52,066 nucleotides of DNA from an archaeon (lineage in GTDB: Archaea > Nanobdellota > Nanobdellia > Pacearchaeales > GW2011-AR1), in contig JABHQH010000009.1 of the NCBI GenBank assembly GCA_018696115.1, forward strand, positions 1 through 52,066, given 5' to 3'. This document shows positions 29,009 to 38,361 of the stretch, in pieces. The notes beneath the pieces are model-generated. The model was not told the origin of the DNA. It saw only the letters and a program-made list of their open reading frames with translations, and did not search any database. How positions within the stretch are numbered: position 1 is the first letter of the stretch; each line of letters opens with the position of its first letter. A program made the position numbers and the translations under genes.

Positions 29009-30475
29009 ATGGGTGACATTAAAGAGGTAGTGCCAAAAATTACTAAGTTTAAGAAAGGAAAACCAATTTCTTCCTTTAAGCTAACTTTTGATTCTCAACA
29101 AGTACAGCCAGAACCAATATACTATTGGCTTCTTGATTTCGTTCAGGATGGGGGATGGGAAACAAAAAAGATCACAGATAATTTTTCAGCATCTCCAGGT
29201 TCAGGACAATTTGCAGATATTGGACAAAGAGTAACACGAATGCAAGAGGAGGGAATGAAAATCCTTGGAGGATTAAACCAAGTAATCAAGTCCTCGTTAA
29301 ATTTAATTTATGATCTTAAGGAATTCAAGATGAGGCTAGTACACTATGATGACTCAAAATCCGATAGCAAACAAACAAGAGAAAGTGGAATGCTTGCATT
29401 AAAACAGATTTGGCTTGATAGTGTAGATTTAAAGCGGGGCCGGGGATCCATTCATCAACTGGCTGCGGAGGGGGGATATACCACAATTCGTGAGGTTTTT
29501 ATGATGGCAAACAGCATTAACGATCTTAAAAAAATGAATAAGGAAGATAAAGATGGGGGGGGAATAATCAATGACCAGATTCTAAGGATGTTAATTCCAA
29601 GGCTTGCAGAGTTCAATAAGTGGGTAGAGTATTCCGAAAAGGAACTAAGAAAAAGATTCAATATTGAAAGGTCTTATCTAAAATCTCAGGTAGAGACAAT
29701 AAAACTTTATTCTTCCTGGATGAAACCGTATCTAAAGGCTGCAGAAGAACTTCGACAAAAAGGTTTCGAAGGAAACGCAGCATTAGTCAGTGCATTTAGT
29801 ACTTCAATGTTCGAACTAACTCTTTTTGGAAAGAGGAAAGTTAGCGTTCCAGAAAAATTTGGTAACGCAAAACTAAAACGGGATTATTATTCCTGTATTC
29901 TAATTAGTTTAGTTTATCGGGGGCATCTTTCGCGGAGAGAAACCCAACAAGGAGATTATGGATTTGTGATGGGTGGAAGAATAGATATGACCTTCGATTC
30001 CTATGCCCTAAATAGCGAAGAAATGGAATTAATGGAAAAAGAGCTAACAAAAGAAGATGTTGAAGATACTCTAAAATTTTCAAGCGATGTTGCAGGAGAT
30101 GCTTTAGCGGAATTAAAAGACGATCTAGACGAATTCTTAACTGATGAAGATGATAAAAAAGAAGAAAAGAAGAAAAAGAAAAAAGAAAATGACATCAATC
30201 CATTCTCTGCACTCTTCAGTTTATTCAAACCTTCCTCAAAAAAGAAAGGAAAGAAAAAAGAAATTGCTAATCTAAAAAGCATAAAAGCCGATAATTTTGT
30301 AGAAAGAGCAGTTCGTGCTAATGCTGCCCAGAGTGCGGCCGATGGAATTTACTTAGTTTATGATATCTACAAGAAATCACATGGCATGGCTTCCTCTCCA
30401 GAAGGATTCGAAAACTCAGATGAGGCAGAAACAACAGAACCTGCAGTTGAATTTAAGGATGTCTTTAAGAAATAA
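29009..30475 (+). CDS. hypothetical protein with acidic/poly-Lys disordered C-terminal region
   Basis: 488-aa ORF. C-terminal EDDKKEEKKKKKKEND segment. Confidence 0.45.
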   Translation: MGDIKEVVPKITKFKKGKPISSFKLTFDSQQVQPEPIYYWLLDFVQDGGWETKKITDNFSASPGSGQFADIGQRVTRMQEEGMKILGGLNQVIKSSLNLIYDLKEFKMRLVHYDDSKSDSKQTRESGMLALKQIWLDSVDLKRGRGSIHQLAAEGGYTTIREVFMMANSINDLKKMNKEDKDGGGIINDQILRMLIPRLAEFNKWVEYSEKELRKRFNIERSYLKSQVETIKLYSSWMKPYLKAAEELRQKGFEGNAALVSAFSTSMFELTLFGKRKVSVPEKFGNAKLKRDYYSCILISLVYRGHLSRRETQQGDYGFVMGGRIDMTFDSYALNSEEMELMEKELTKEDVEDTLKFSSDVAGDALAELKDDLDEFLTDEDDKKEEKKKKKKENDINPFSALFSLFKPSSKKKGKKKEIANLKSIKADNFVERAVRANAAQSAADGIYLVYDIYKKSHGMASSPEGFENSDEAETTEPAVEFKDVFKK

Positions 30476-30535
30476 GCTTTTTAGGCAATTTTCTCAAACA
30501 ATAAAATAATTAAACGTATTTTTCTATGATTTTTA

Positions 30536-31207
30536 ATGGCAAAGAAAGCTAAAACTGTAATTGTTAGAGAAAAAGGCCCAGCTATCCGAGAAGTCGAAAA
30601 AGAAGAGAAATTTGAAGAAGAATCAACAAAAGAAGATTCAGAAGACTCTGGGAAAGAAGAAGATTTTGAGGACTTTGTGGAGGACCTTTGGGAGGACAGA
30701 CAAAGACAGTCAGAACGAGAACCAGAAGACGCATTTACTCCAGAAGGCCTTATTTTAGAATCGGGACAGGGAGCACAAGACATTCCAACAACTCTTGAAG
30801 ACTCCTTAGGCGATGCTCCGGATACATTTGGGGATCAAGGAGAAATGGCTGGGAATGACATGTACAATACTGGCGGAGGACAAGATGGCGGAATCTATGG
30901 TGCCGCAGGAGATAGTGCCGCAGGAGATATGTATGGCACTAGTGCGGGACAGGGAGGAAGCCCTTACAGCACTGGCACAGGTGCTGAAGAAGGATCAAAT
31001 AGCATGTACAATACGGGACAAGGAAATGATACAAACTCCCAAGGCTCCTTGGCATATAATGCTGGACAAGGAAATGCTCAAAATAAGGATAATACAAATA
31101 ATCGGCAAAAAGACAAGGGCGGCTTAGAAAATCGAGGACTTGGCGGAAGAAGTTCAAAAAAAGGAAAGTCTAACTCCTCTGGAGCGCTTTATCAGGCGAG
31201 ACACTAA
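30536..31207 (+). CDS. acidic N-terminus + Gly/Tyr/Asn/Gln-rich low-complexity (prion-like) protein
   Basis: 223 aa. Repeated MYNTG(Q/G)G-type motifs. Confidence 0.4.
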   Translation: MAKKAKTVIVREKGPAIREVEKEEKFEEESTKEDSEDSGKEEDFEDFVEDLWEDRQRQSEREPEDAFTPEGLILESGQGAQDIPTTLEDSLGDAPDTFGDQGEMAGNDMYNTGGGQDGGIYGAAGDSAAGDMYGTSAGQGGSPYSTGTGAEEGSNSMYNTGQGNDTNSQGSLAYNAGQGNAQNKDNTNNRQKDKGGLENRGLGGRSSKKGKSNSSGALYQARH

Positions 31208-31247
31208 TTTTAAATAATACAAATATTTAGTATTATTAGGTGATAAA

Positions 31248-33164
31248 ATGGACTCATATGGTACAACAAGTTACGAATCTTTTCAGGATGGCACTGTCTC
31301 CTCATTAAGTCCAGACTTTGGAACTTACGGTTCTACCGGATTTAGACTAAACGCGGGAACAATCGGTTTTCCAGGATCTGCAGCGACGGCAAATCAACTT
31401 GGAGAAACAGTAAATGCACTAAAACACGGTGTTAAAACATTCGAAGTAACCCTCCTAGGTGTCCAAGATGCTGACCAGGCAATCCCTATCCAACATTTTA
31501 AGGAAATGAGAGCACTAATGAAACTTTCTGGAGTTAAACCCTCTGTCCACGGACCATTGGTGGATGCAGCAGGATTTGGGGAACAGGGTTGGGGCGGTGA
31601 GCACGTAATGGAAGATAATCAACGGAAGATGTTTGACGCGATAGAGAAAGCACACATACTCGATCCCACCGGGAATATCCCCATAGTTTTCCATTCAACA
31701 AATGGTGTGCCTGGAACAGAATGGAGGCCGGGAGATACTAGCAAGGGAGAGGATAGATTCAAGGAATTTCAAACTCCTGTAATCGATCAAGAAAGCGGAA
31801 GAGTATCACAGGTTAAAGAACATAGATCCTATTATATGAGTAGTACACCAGAAGAATTCAAACTTGGTGAGAAAGATATCGAGGAGGGGGGATCCCTTAT
31901 GACAACACGGGCGGCAATAAATAATCAAAACGCTACAGATTGGGATGAAAAATTAAAAGATATTACCCTCGGAAAGAGATATGCTGATCAGGCCCTTCAG
32001 GATGCACTCGCTAATGCTCAGGGACTTAACCTAACCAATCAAGAAATAAAATCAAGAGAAGATATGGTAAAATTGGATATGGAAATGAAATCTCATCCGG
32101 AGATTGAACGTGAGTTCACGAAGGCTGCAACTCTACTAGATAATAGTAATACTTCTTTCCGTTCCTTATTCAATAGGGCTTATAAGTACGGGACAGATGC
32201 GCAAAGAAAAGAACTTAAAACGATGGCATCTAACTGGCAAAAAGAAAAAAAGGAAGATAAGAAAGAGGTCGCTAACATCTTCCAAAAACAAATTAGGGAA
32301 TCTCAACGGCAAGATAAGTATTTTAAGGAAATGAAAAGTATCACTACCGGCGGAGGAGAGATAAATGGAAAAATGATTGGGGGAGAAGATTTCCTGGCAC
32401 CACAGGTCAACATGGCTGCAGAAGATTTTGCAATGAAAAAGGCTGCCAAAACATTCGGGAATCTTGCTTTAAAATCCTATGAAAAATTTGGAGAAACCGC
32501 CCCGATAATCGCAATAGAAAACATGTATCAGGGAATGGCATTCTCGCGGGGAGAGGACATGAAAAATTTGGTAAAGAAATCAAGAAAACAATTCGAGAAA
32601 AAACTAAGGGATGAACAAGGCTTATCAAAGGGGGACGCAAGAAGGGTGGCCAAGAAACAAATTGGGGTGACCTGGGATGTTGGGCACCTGAATGTAATGC
32701 GAAAGGCAGGGTTCGATGAAAAAGATATTGTGAAGGCAACAAAAACTGTCGCCCCCATGGTAAAACACGTACATCTAACGGACAACTTTGGTTATTCTGA
32801 TTCTCATCTAGTTCCTGGAATGGGAAATGTCCCATTCAAAAAGATCCTTGAACAATTAGAAAAAACTGGTAGGCTTGATGAGATGAGAAAAATAGTTGAA
32901 GCACCAGGATTCATCCAACATTTCAAAAAATTACCTCATTCCATGGTTCTTTCAGCCTTTGGTTCTCCAATCTACGGAGCAAAAATGGCTCCCCACTGGA
33001 ATCAGGCAGCGGGGATGGTGGGATCATATTTTGGAGGATATGGGACCCTAAATCCGCAACAGCATCATTCAATTTATGGGGCAGGTTTCACAACAATGCC
33101 TGTTGAGCTAGGGGGGATGATGGATGGAGGCCAATCAAGATTTGGCGGAACACCAATGTCCTAG
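31248..33164 (+). CDS. xylose-isomerase-like TIM-barrel (AP endonuclease 2/sugar-phosphate isomerase superfamily) protein with ~350-aa charged coiled-coil insertion
   Basis: The barrel signature is split. N-terminal part: GFPGSA...TFEV, VHGP, IVFHS (residues ~35-150). C-terminal part: IENMYQG, WDVGHLN, HVHLTDNFG...D.H (residues ~510-560). Confidence 0.5.
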   Translation: MDSYGTTSYESFQDGTVSSLSPDFGTYGSTGFRLNAGTIGFPGSAATANQLGETVNALKHGVKTFEVTLLGVQDADQAIPIQHFKEMRALMKLSGVKPSVHGPLVDAAGFGEQGWGGEHVMEDNQRKMFDAIEKAHILDPTGNIPIVFHSTNGVPGTEWRPGDTSKGEDRFKEFQTPVIDQESGRVSQVKEHRSYYMSSTPEEFKLGEKDIEEGGSLMTTRAAINNQNATDWDEKLKDITLGKRYADQALQDALANAQGLNLTNQEIKSREDMVKLDMEMKSHPEIEREFTKAATLLDNSNTSFRSLFNRAYKYGTDAQRKELKTMASNWQKEKKEDKKEVANIFQKQIRESQRQDKYFKEMKSITTGGGEINGKMIGGEDFLAPQVNMAAEDFAMKKAAKTFGNLALKSYEKFGETAPIIAIENMYQGMAFSRGEDMKNLVKKSRKQFEKKLRDEQGLSKGDARRVAKKQIGVTWDVGHLNVMRKAGFDEKDIVKATKTVAPMVKHVHLTDNFGYSDSHLVPGMGNVPFKKILEQLEKTGRLDEMRKIVEAPGFIQHFKKLPHSMVLSAFGSPIYGAKMAPHWNQAAGMVGSYFGGYGTLNPQQHHSIYGAGFTTMPVELGGMMDGGQSRFGGTPMS

Positions 33165-33209
33165 GTCAATACATTTATAAAATTGAATTACTAATTACTA
33201 TAAAAGAGG

Positions 33210-34091
33210 ATGGCAAAAAAGAAAGTTTCTAAACCTAGTCTAAAGAAAGGGGAGTCTAAAAAACCCGAGACAAAGATAGTCAGGAACAATGAGCCAAAGA
33301 CGCTAAACCTTGTCGGAGAAAGGGAAATAGCTCTAGATTTTGCAACAAAAGTCTATAATGAATTTGATCAGATGATTAAGTCAATCGTTCTTTTTGGGTC
33401 ATCTGCAAAGAAGATCTCAATGCCAGATTCAGATATAGATATAATAATTATAATCGACGACGTATCCATTCAATGGGATCAAGAACTTATTGCAACCTAT
33501 AGGGAAGAACTTGGGAAACTTATCCAAAACAATCCTTATAGAAAAGCATTACATATCAATTCCGTAAAACTTTCCACATGGTGGAGCGATTTAATGAGGG
33601 GAGATCCAGTTGTAATAAACATTTTAAGATATGGGGATGCACTTGTTGACTTCGGCGGGTTCTTCAACCCATTACGAATTCTCTTGAAGGACGGAAAGAT
33701 CAGATCAACCCCTGAATCAATTTATACCCTTTTACAGAGGGCTCCGGCACATATGGTTCGTGCAAGAGATTCAATGCTTGCAACCGTAGACGGGCTATAT
33801 TGGACAATGGTAGATTCTGCACATGCTGCGCTAATTGCTGCAAATATTATGCCGTCATCTCCAGAAGAGATTGCAGAAGTAATGACTAAACATTTCGTAA
33901 AAAAGAAACTTCTTCATAAAAAATATCCTGCCTACTACGAAAGTGCGAGAGTTATCGCAAAAGATATAGTTCACGGAAAAAGAAGAGAAATCACTGGAAA
34001 GGAAATCGATGATCTCTTTACAAAAACCGATGATTTTCTCGGAGAAATGGCAAGACTAGTAGATAGTCTAATCGATAAAAAAAATAATTAA
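33210..34091 (+). CDS. minimal nucleotidyltransferase (Pol-beta superfamily) domain protein with helical C-terminal (HEPN-like?) region
   Basis: Motif GSSAKK-x9-DSDIDI (GS...DxD). Confidence 0.55.
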   Translation: MAKKKVSKPSLKKGESKKPETKIVRNNEPKTLNLVGEREIALDFATKVYNEFDQMIKSIVLFGSSAKKISMPDSDIDIIIIIDDVSIQWDQELIATYREELGKLIQNNPYRKALHINSVKLSTWWSDLMRGDPVVINILRYGDALVDFGGFFNPLRILLKDGKIRSTPESIYTLLQRAPAHMVRARDSMLATVDGLYWTMVDSAHAALIAANIMPSSPEEIAEVMTKHFVKKKLLHKKYPAYYESARVIAKDIVHGKRREITGKEIDDLFTKTDDFLGEMARLVDSLIDKKNN

Positions 34092-34105
34092 AAAATTAAA
34101 AATAA

Positions 34106-35032
34106 TTAGTTCCCGTTATTCTGAGCAGCCATTGCAGCTTCATATTCCGCAATAGTTGTTCTTGCCAAATCATTTAGGCCTTCAACCATTGGAATAACCT
34201 GTTCAAGAGCATTCTGGGAGAATTCTCCGATACTTGCTCTTTTGTTCTGCATCCATTGCTGAAGTTCCTGAACCTTTTCCTGAGCCGGTTCTGGACCAAG
34301 TGCTTCCAATTTGCTCCTAACTTCTTGATTAAGGGCCATAATGCCTTCTGCCTGATCATTACCATAGGCATCAGCTAACTTAATATTATCTGCAACGAAC
34401 TTAGGGAATCCGTATTCTCCAACTGTTCTAATTGCCTTATTCTTTGCATTAATTCCAAATTCATCAACTATTCTATCCTTGAATGGCGTAAAAAATGCCA
34501 TTTCAATAGGTTTAAGATTCTCTGCCTTACCTGCAAAATAAGCCTCAGGATCATCAGAAATGGCCTTCTGTTCAGCCCTATAAAATTCAATAGCATCAAC
34601 AACTGGATCAAAACTAGCCCCCCTACCTTTCTTAAAAGTCGGCATTGTAAATACCATGTTGAATAGACCTTCTCCTCTTCCTTCCATCCATGCGATTTCA
34701 GCAAGAGCATTAGCATATTTAACTCCGTATTGAGTCATTCCATCTTGAGCAACCATAACACTACCTTTTCTAGCAGCCTCTACTTGTGCGGACGGAAGTC
34801 CTGCCAAAGCATCTTTATTACCAAGCATTATTTCCGAGAAAGTAGCAATATCTGCTCCAGTTATTTCTTTAGCTTGATCGTATCCTCTTGCAAAAGTTCC
34901 TGCACTCCATCCAGAATCTGCATTTAATGGAGCATAGGCTAGATCAACTAATCCTCCGTCTTCATTAACAAATTGTGTTGGTGTTATGAATCTTTCATAA
35001 TCCCTCACGTTTTCATTTCCATTAACCATGTT
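34106..35032 (-). CDS. hypothetical protein
   Basis: The ORF runs to 35110 but would abut ppsA. Start chosen at the internal Met MVNGNENV. Confidence 0.4.
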   Translation of the reverse strand, partial: NMVNGNENVRDYERFITPTQFVNEDGGLVDLAYAPLNADSGWSAGTFARGYDQAKEITGADIATFSEIMLGNKDALAGLPSAQVEAARKGSVMVAQDGMTQYGVKYANALAEIAWMEGRGEGLFNMVFTMPTFKKGRGASFDPVVDAIEFYRAEQKAISDDPEAYFAGKAENLKPIEMAFFTPFKDRIVDEFGINAKNKAIRTVGEYGFPKFVADNIKLADAYGNDQAEGIMALNQEVRSKLEALGPEPAQEKVQELQQWMQNKRASIGEFSQNALEQVIPMVEGLNDLARTTIAEYEAAMAAQNNGN

Positions 35033-35106
35033 TATTTTAGAAATATAGACTTTATAAACCTTTCGGTGTGTTGTATCTGGTGAGGGGTAACAGAATGCGC
35101 ATCTAA

Positions 35107-37797
35107 TCAACTAAAAATATCTTCCTTCTTCCTTTCTTCAACTATTTCGATATCACTTGGCTCTGAATTTGGCCGTTCAAATTCTTCAGTATTAGTTTCA
35201 GCAGGTTCCTTATCCACTACTTCAATATCACTTTCTGGAGCCCTAGCTTCTTCCCCATTTCTTTCTGATCCTTCGCTAGAACTATCAACAACTTCAATAT
35301 CATTTTCTTTGTCAACCTGCCTAACTCTCTCTGCTTCATCTTCTACTCGCTCATTCAATTCTTTCTCAACAGATTCCCTATCTCCGATCGGTTCAATTAC
35401 ACTTTCTCCTCCCGCATTTTCTGGGTTTTCTTCTCTCCGAGGATTATTTTCTACAACCTTATTTCCTTCATTTTCTACAACCCCCCCATTATTTTCCTTA
35501 ATGTTTCCATCAACATCTCCACCCTTATCGCCCCCCTCCAATCTCAAAACTAACTCCGAGATTTCCTTAGCAACATCCGCATTAACAGAGATAGAATCAA
35601 TTCCCTGCTTAACTAAGAATTCAACCATCTCTTTTTTAGAACCTGCCTGCCCACAAATAGAAGTCTCAACCCCCTGCTTTCTACATTCACGAATCACTCG
35701 GGATAATTGTTTCAAAACCGCCCAGTTCATTTCATCATAGATATATTGAACATCTTCATTTCCTCGATCAATTGCAAGAGTATACTGCGTCAAATCATTT
35801 GTTCCAAATGAAATAAAATCAAGTCCAACTTCACAAAGATCTTTTATCAAGATTGAAGCGGCAGGAGTCTCAATCATAACTCCAAATTGAACATTACTAA
35901 TTCCCATCTCTTCAAAAATCTTCTTAGCTGCCTTTACCTCATCAACAGAAATAACTTGGGGAAACATAACTCCAAATTTATGTCCCTTATCTGCAAGTTC
36001 CTTAATTGCTCCAAGCTCTGCCTTAAAGATTCCAAGATGTTTCAGTGAAAACCTAATCCCGTGATTTCCTAACATTGGATTCTTTTCAATCTCTTTTGGG
36101 GCACCCTTTAGATTAGCATATTCATCACTTCGGATATCTGAGGAACGGATCCAGATTGGCTTTCCAATAAATGTTTCAGCAATCTTTCCAAGACCCTTAA
36201 CTAACATGGCCTTATACTCTTCTAAGGTTCCTTCAGCCTCATAAGCAATCGGGTGTTTTCCTGCAGATGCGATTAAACCTTCCAATCGAACAAGTCCAAC
36301 ACCGTCCGCATTTGTCTTAGCCGCTCGCTCAGCATATTCTGGTAAGTCAACCATAACTTTTATTCGAGTTTTAGTTTTAACAATTGGCAAGATTTCAACC
36401 TTCTTACTCTGAGCTCTTCCAGAATAAACCTTACCCCTAAAACCATCCACTGTAACTTCCTGACCATCTTCCAAAACCTCTAACGCATTATCTGTCCCAA
36501 CAACTGCGGGAATACCCATTTCACGAGATACAATCGCTGCATGTGCTGTGATCCCCCCCTCACTAGTAATAATCGCCGCAGCCTTTTGCATAGTTACAAC
36601 CATGTCCGGATTAGTCATTGCAGTAACAAGAACATCACCTTTTCGAATCTTGCCCAAATCTTCCATAGACTTAACAATTTTAACAACTCCTGAAGAAATC
36701 CCTGGAGATGCGGCAAGTCCTTCCGTTAAAACTGGTCCTTCAAGTTCGTCTCCCTCACCCTCTTCCTTGCCATCACTCCCTGCTTTCAAGGTCGTAATCG
36801 GCCGAGTCTGTAAAATATATATATCCTCATTCTCAATTGCAAATTCAATATCTTGCGGTTTCTTGTAATGTTCTTCTAATTTAATCGCATATTCTGCCAA
36901 CTGCTTCAATTCATAAGTTTTCAAAACTCTCTGTCCGGATTTTTCTGGGCTTAATTGAACTGTTTTTGTAATTCCTGATGCATCTCTAACAATTGCAATT
37001 TTCTTCTCAGCAATTTTCTCATCTACAAGATCAAAAGCCCTAGAAACTGTTTGCTGGTCTGGTTTGATTTTCCCAGAAACAATACCTTCCCCTTGTCCAA
37101 AGACAGATTCTACCAAGACATCGTCCGTGTTTTTTACTGGATGTCTAGAAAAAATAACTCCGGACTTATCTGAATTAATCATTTTCTGAACAATCGCGGC
37201 AATACCCACAAGATCTTCAAATCCTTTCTTCTTTCGGTAATATATCGACCGGGCTGTAAAAATAGATGCAAAAACTCGCTTGACTTTTTCAATCAAATCA
37301 TCATTTCCCTTAACATTGATAAAACTTTCTTGCTGTCCTGCAAAACTTGCATCTCCCAAATCCTCTGCAGTGGCCGAACTTCTAACTGAAACAAAAACAG
37401 GCTCACGAGCAGATTTCAAAATGGCCAATGCTCCAGGGGAACTTTCAAGACCGCTCAAATCAACATTAAAATTATCATAGGCTTCCAAAATTTCACTTCT
37501 AAGATCCTCGGGCATTTCCGCAGCAACCATGATTTCCCTAATCTCCTTAGCTTTGCTCGAAAGACCATCAGTATCATCAACATCAATCTTATTCAAAATC
37601 TCTCGAATCTGATCCTTAATCTCCGTCTTTTTCAAAAAATGATCAAATGCCTTAGTTGTGACAACAAAAGCCTGGGGAACCGGAAATTTTGAATTAAACA
37701 TTTCACCAAGATTAGCCCCCTTACCTCCTGCGAGCTTAACATCTTTCTTAGATAAATCGGAAAGCCATGCAATGTACCCCTCTTTCATAAATTCCAA
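35107..37797 (-). CDS. ppsA: phosphoenolpyruvate synthase with ~140-aa acidic repeat-containing C-terminal extension
   Basis: N-terminal ATP-grasp start (LSDLSKKDVKLAGGKGANLGEM), phospho-His domain (GGITAHAAIVSREMGIPAV), and PEP-utilising TIM domain. The tail contains SDIEVVD/SDIEIVEE repeats. Confidence 0.9.
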   Translation of the reverse strand: MEFMKEGYIAWLSDLSKKDVKLAGGKGANLGEMFNSKFPVPQAFVVTTKAFDHFLKKTEIKDQIREILNKIDVDDTDGLSSKAKEIREIMVAAEMPEDLRSEILEAYDNFNVDLSGLESSPGALAILKSAREPVFVSVRSSATAEDLGDASFAGQQESFINVKGNDDLIEKVKRVFASIFTARSIYYRKKKGFEDLVGIAAIVQKMINSDKSGVIFSRHPVKNTDDVLVESVFGQGEGIVSGKIKPDQQTVSRAFDLVDEKIAEKKIAIVRDASGITKTVQLSPEKSGQRVLKTYELKQLAEYAIKLEEHYKKPQDIEFAIENEDIYILQTRPITTLKAGSDGKEEGEGDELEGPVLTEGLAASPGISSGVVKIVKSMEDLGKIRKGDVLVTAMTNPDMVVTMQKAAAIITSEGGITAHAAIVSREMGIPAVVGTDNALEVLEDGQEVTVDGFRGKVYSGRAQSKKVEILPIVKTKTRIKVMVDLPEYAERAAKTNADGVGLVRLEGLIASAGKHPIAYEAEGTLEEYKAMLVKGLGKIAETFIGKPIWIRSSDIRSDEYANLKGAPKEIEKNPMLGNHGIRFSLKHLGIFKAELGAIKELADKGHKFGVMFPQVISVDEVKAAKKIFEEMGISNVQFGVMIETPAASILIKDLCEVGLDFISFGTNDLTQYTLAIDRGNEDVQYIYDEMNWAVLKQLSRVIRECRKQGVETSICGQAGSKKEMVEFLVKQGIDSISVNADVAKEISELVLRLEGGDKGGDVDGNIKENNGGVVENEGNKVVENNPRREENPENAGGESVIEPIGDRESVEKELNERVEDEAERVRQVDKENDIEVVDSSSEGSERNGEEARAPESDIEVVDKEPAETNTEEFERPNSEPSDIEIVEERKKEDIFS

Positions 37798-38029
37798 GAG
37801 CTATACGATTATTTAAAGTTTGTTGTAATAATTTCACTATCTTAGAACCTGCCAGAATCAGAATATCTCATAGTATAACCGAATCGCCCACTAACTGGGG
37901 AACTATCATACTTATTTTGGTTCCATTCATACGGTGATCCCGAAGGCCTTTCAAACACATATCCTTTGGATTCACCATCTCCACATCCACATGCCATATT
38001 ATCTCAATGAATATTAGTCTTTTATGACT

Positions 38030-38285
38030 TTCGGTCAAATCTACGAAATAAAAAACACAAAGTATGTCCTACAACATATATGATACAATATCTATATTGC
38101 AATATACTATATTGCACCACATACATTGGGACAAATAAAAAACCAAACTTTGCCCTAAGGGCACCAAATCATCCGAATTTTAAGACCGAATTTTAAGAAA
38201 TAAAAAATGCAAATAAAAAACCAAACCCAAAATCTACGAAATAAAAAACACATAATCAAATAAAAAACACAAATCCAAAGGCGAG
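38030..38285. repeat. AT-rich iteron-like direct-repeat block at the compositional boundary
   Basis: The 22-nt AATCTACGAAATAAAAAACACA occurs twice, at 38038-38059 and 38231-38252. At least 6 copies of the AAATAAAAAAC(A/C) core are present. CCGAATTTTAAGA is in tandem at 38174-38199. Confidence 0.6.
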
Positions 38286-38361
38286 GAGCCCAAACAGTCA
38301 GTAAACTGAAAGTTGGGCCCCTGCCTTGGATACTACGTCTTGACCACCCAGTTAATTGGAC

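Noticed and set aside
35309-37480. + strand ORFs (143, 106, 66 aa) opposite ppsA
   Set aside because: Antisense, Ser/Pro-rich low complexity.
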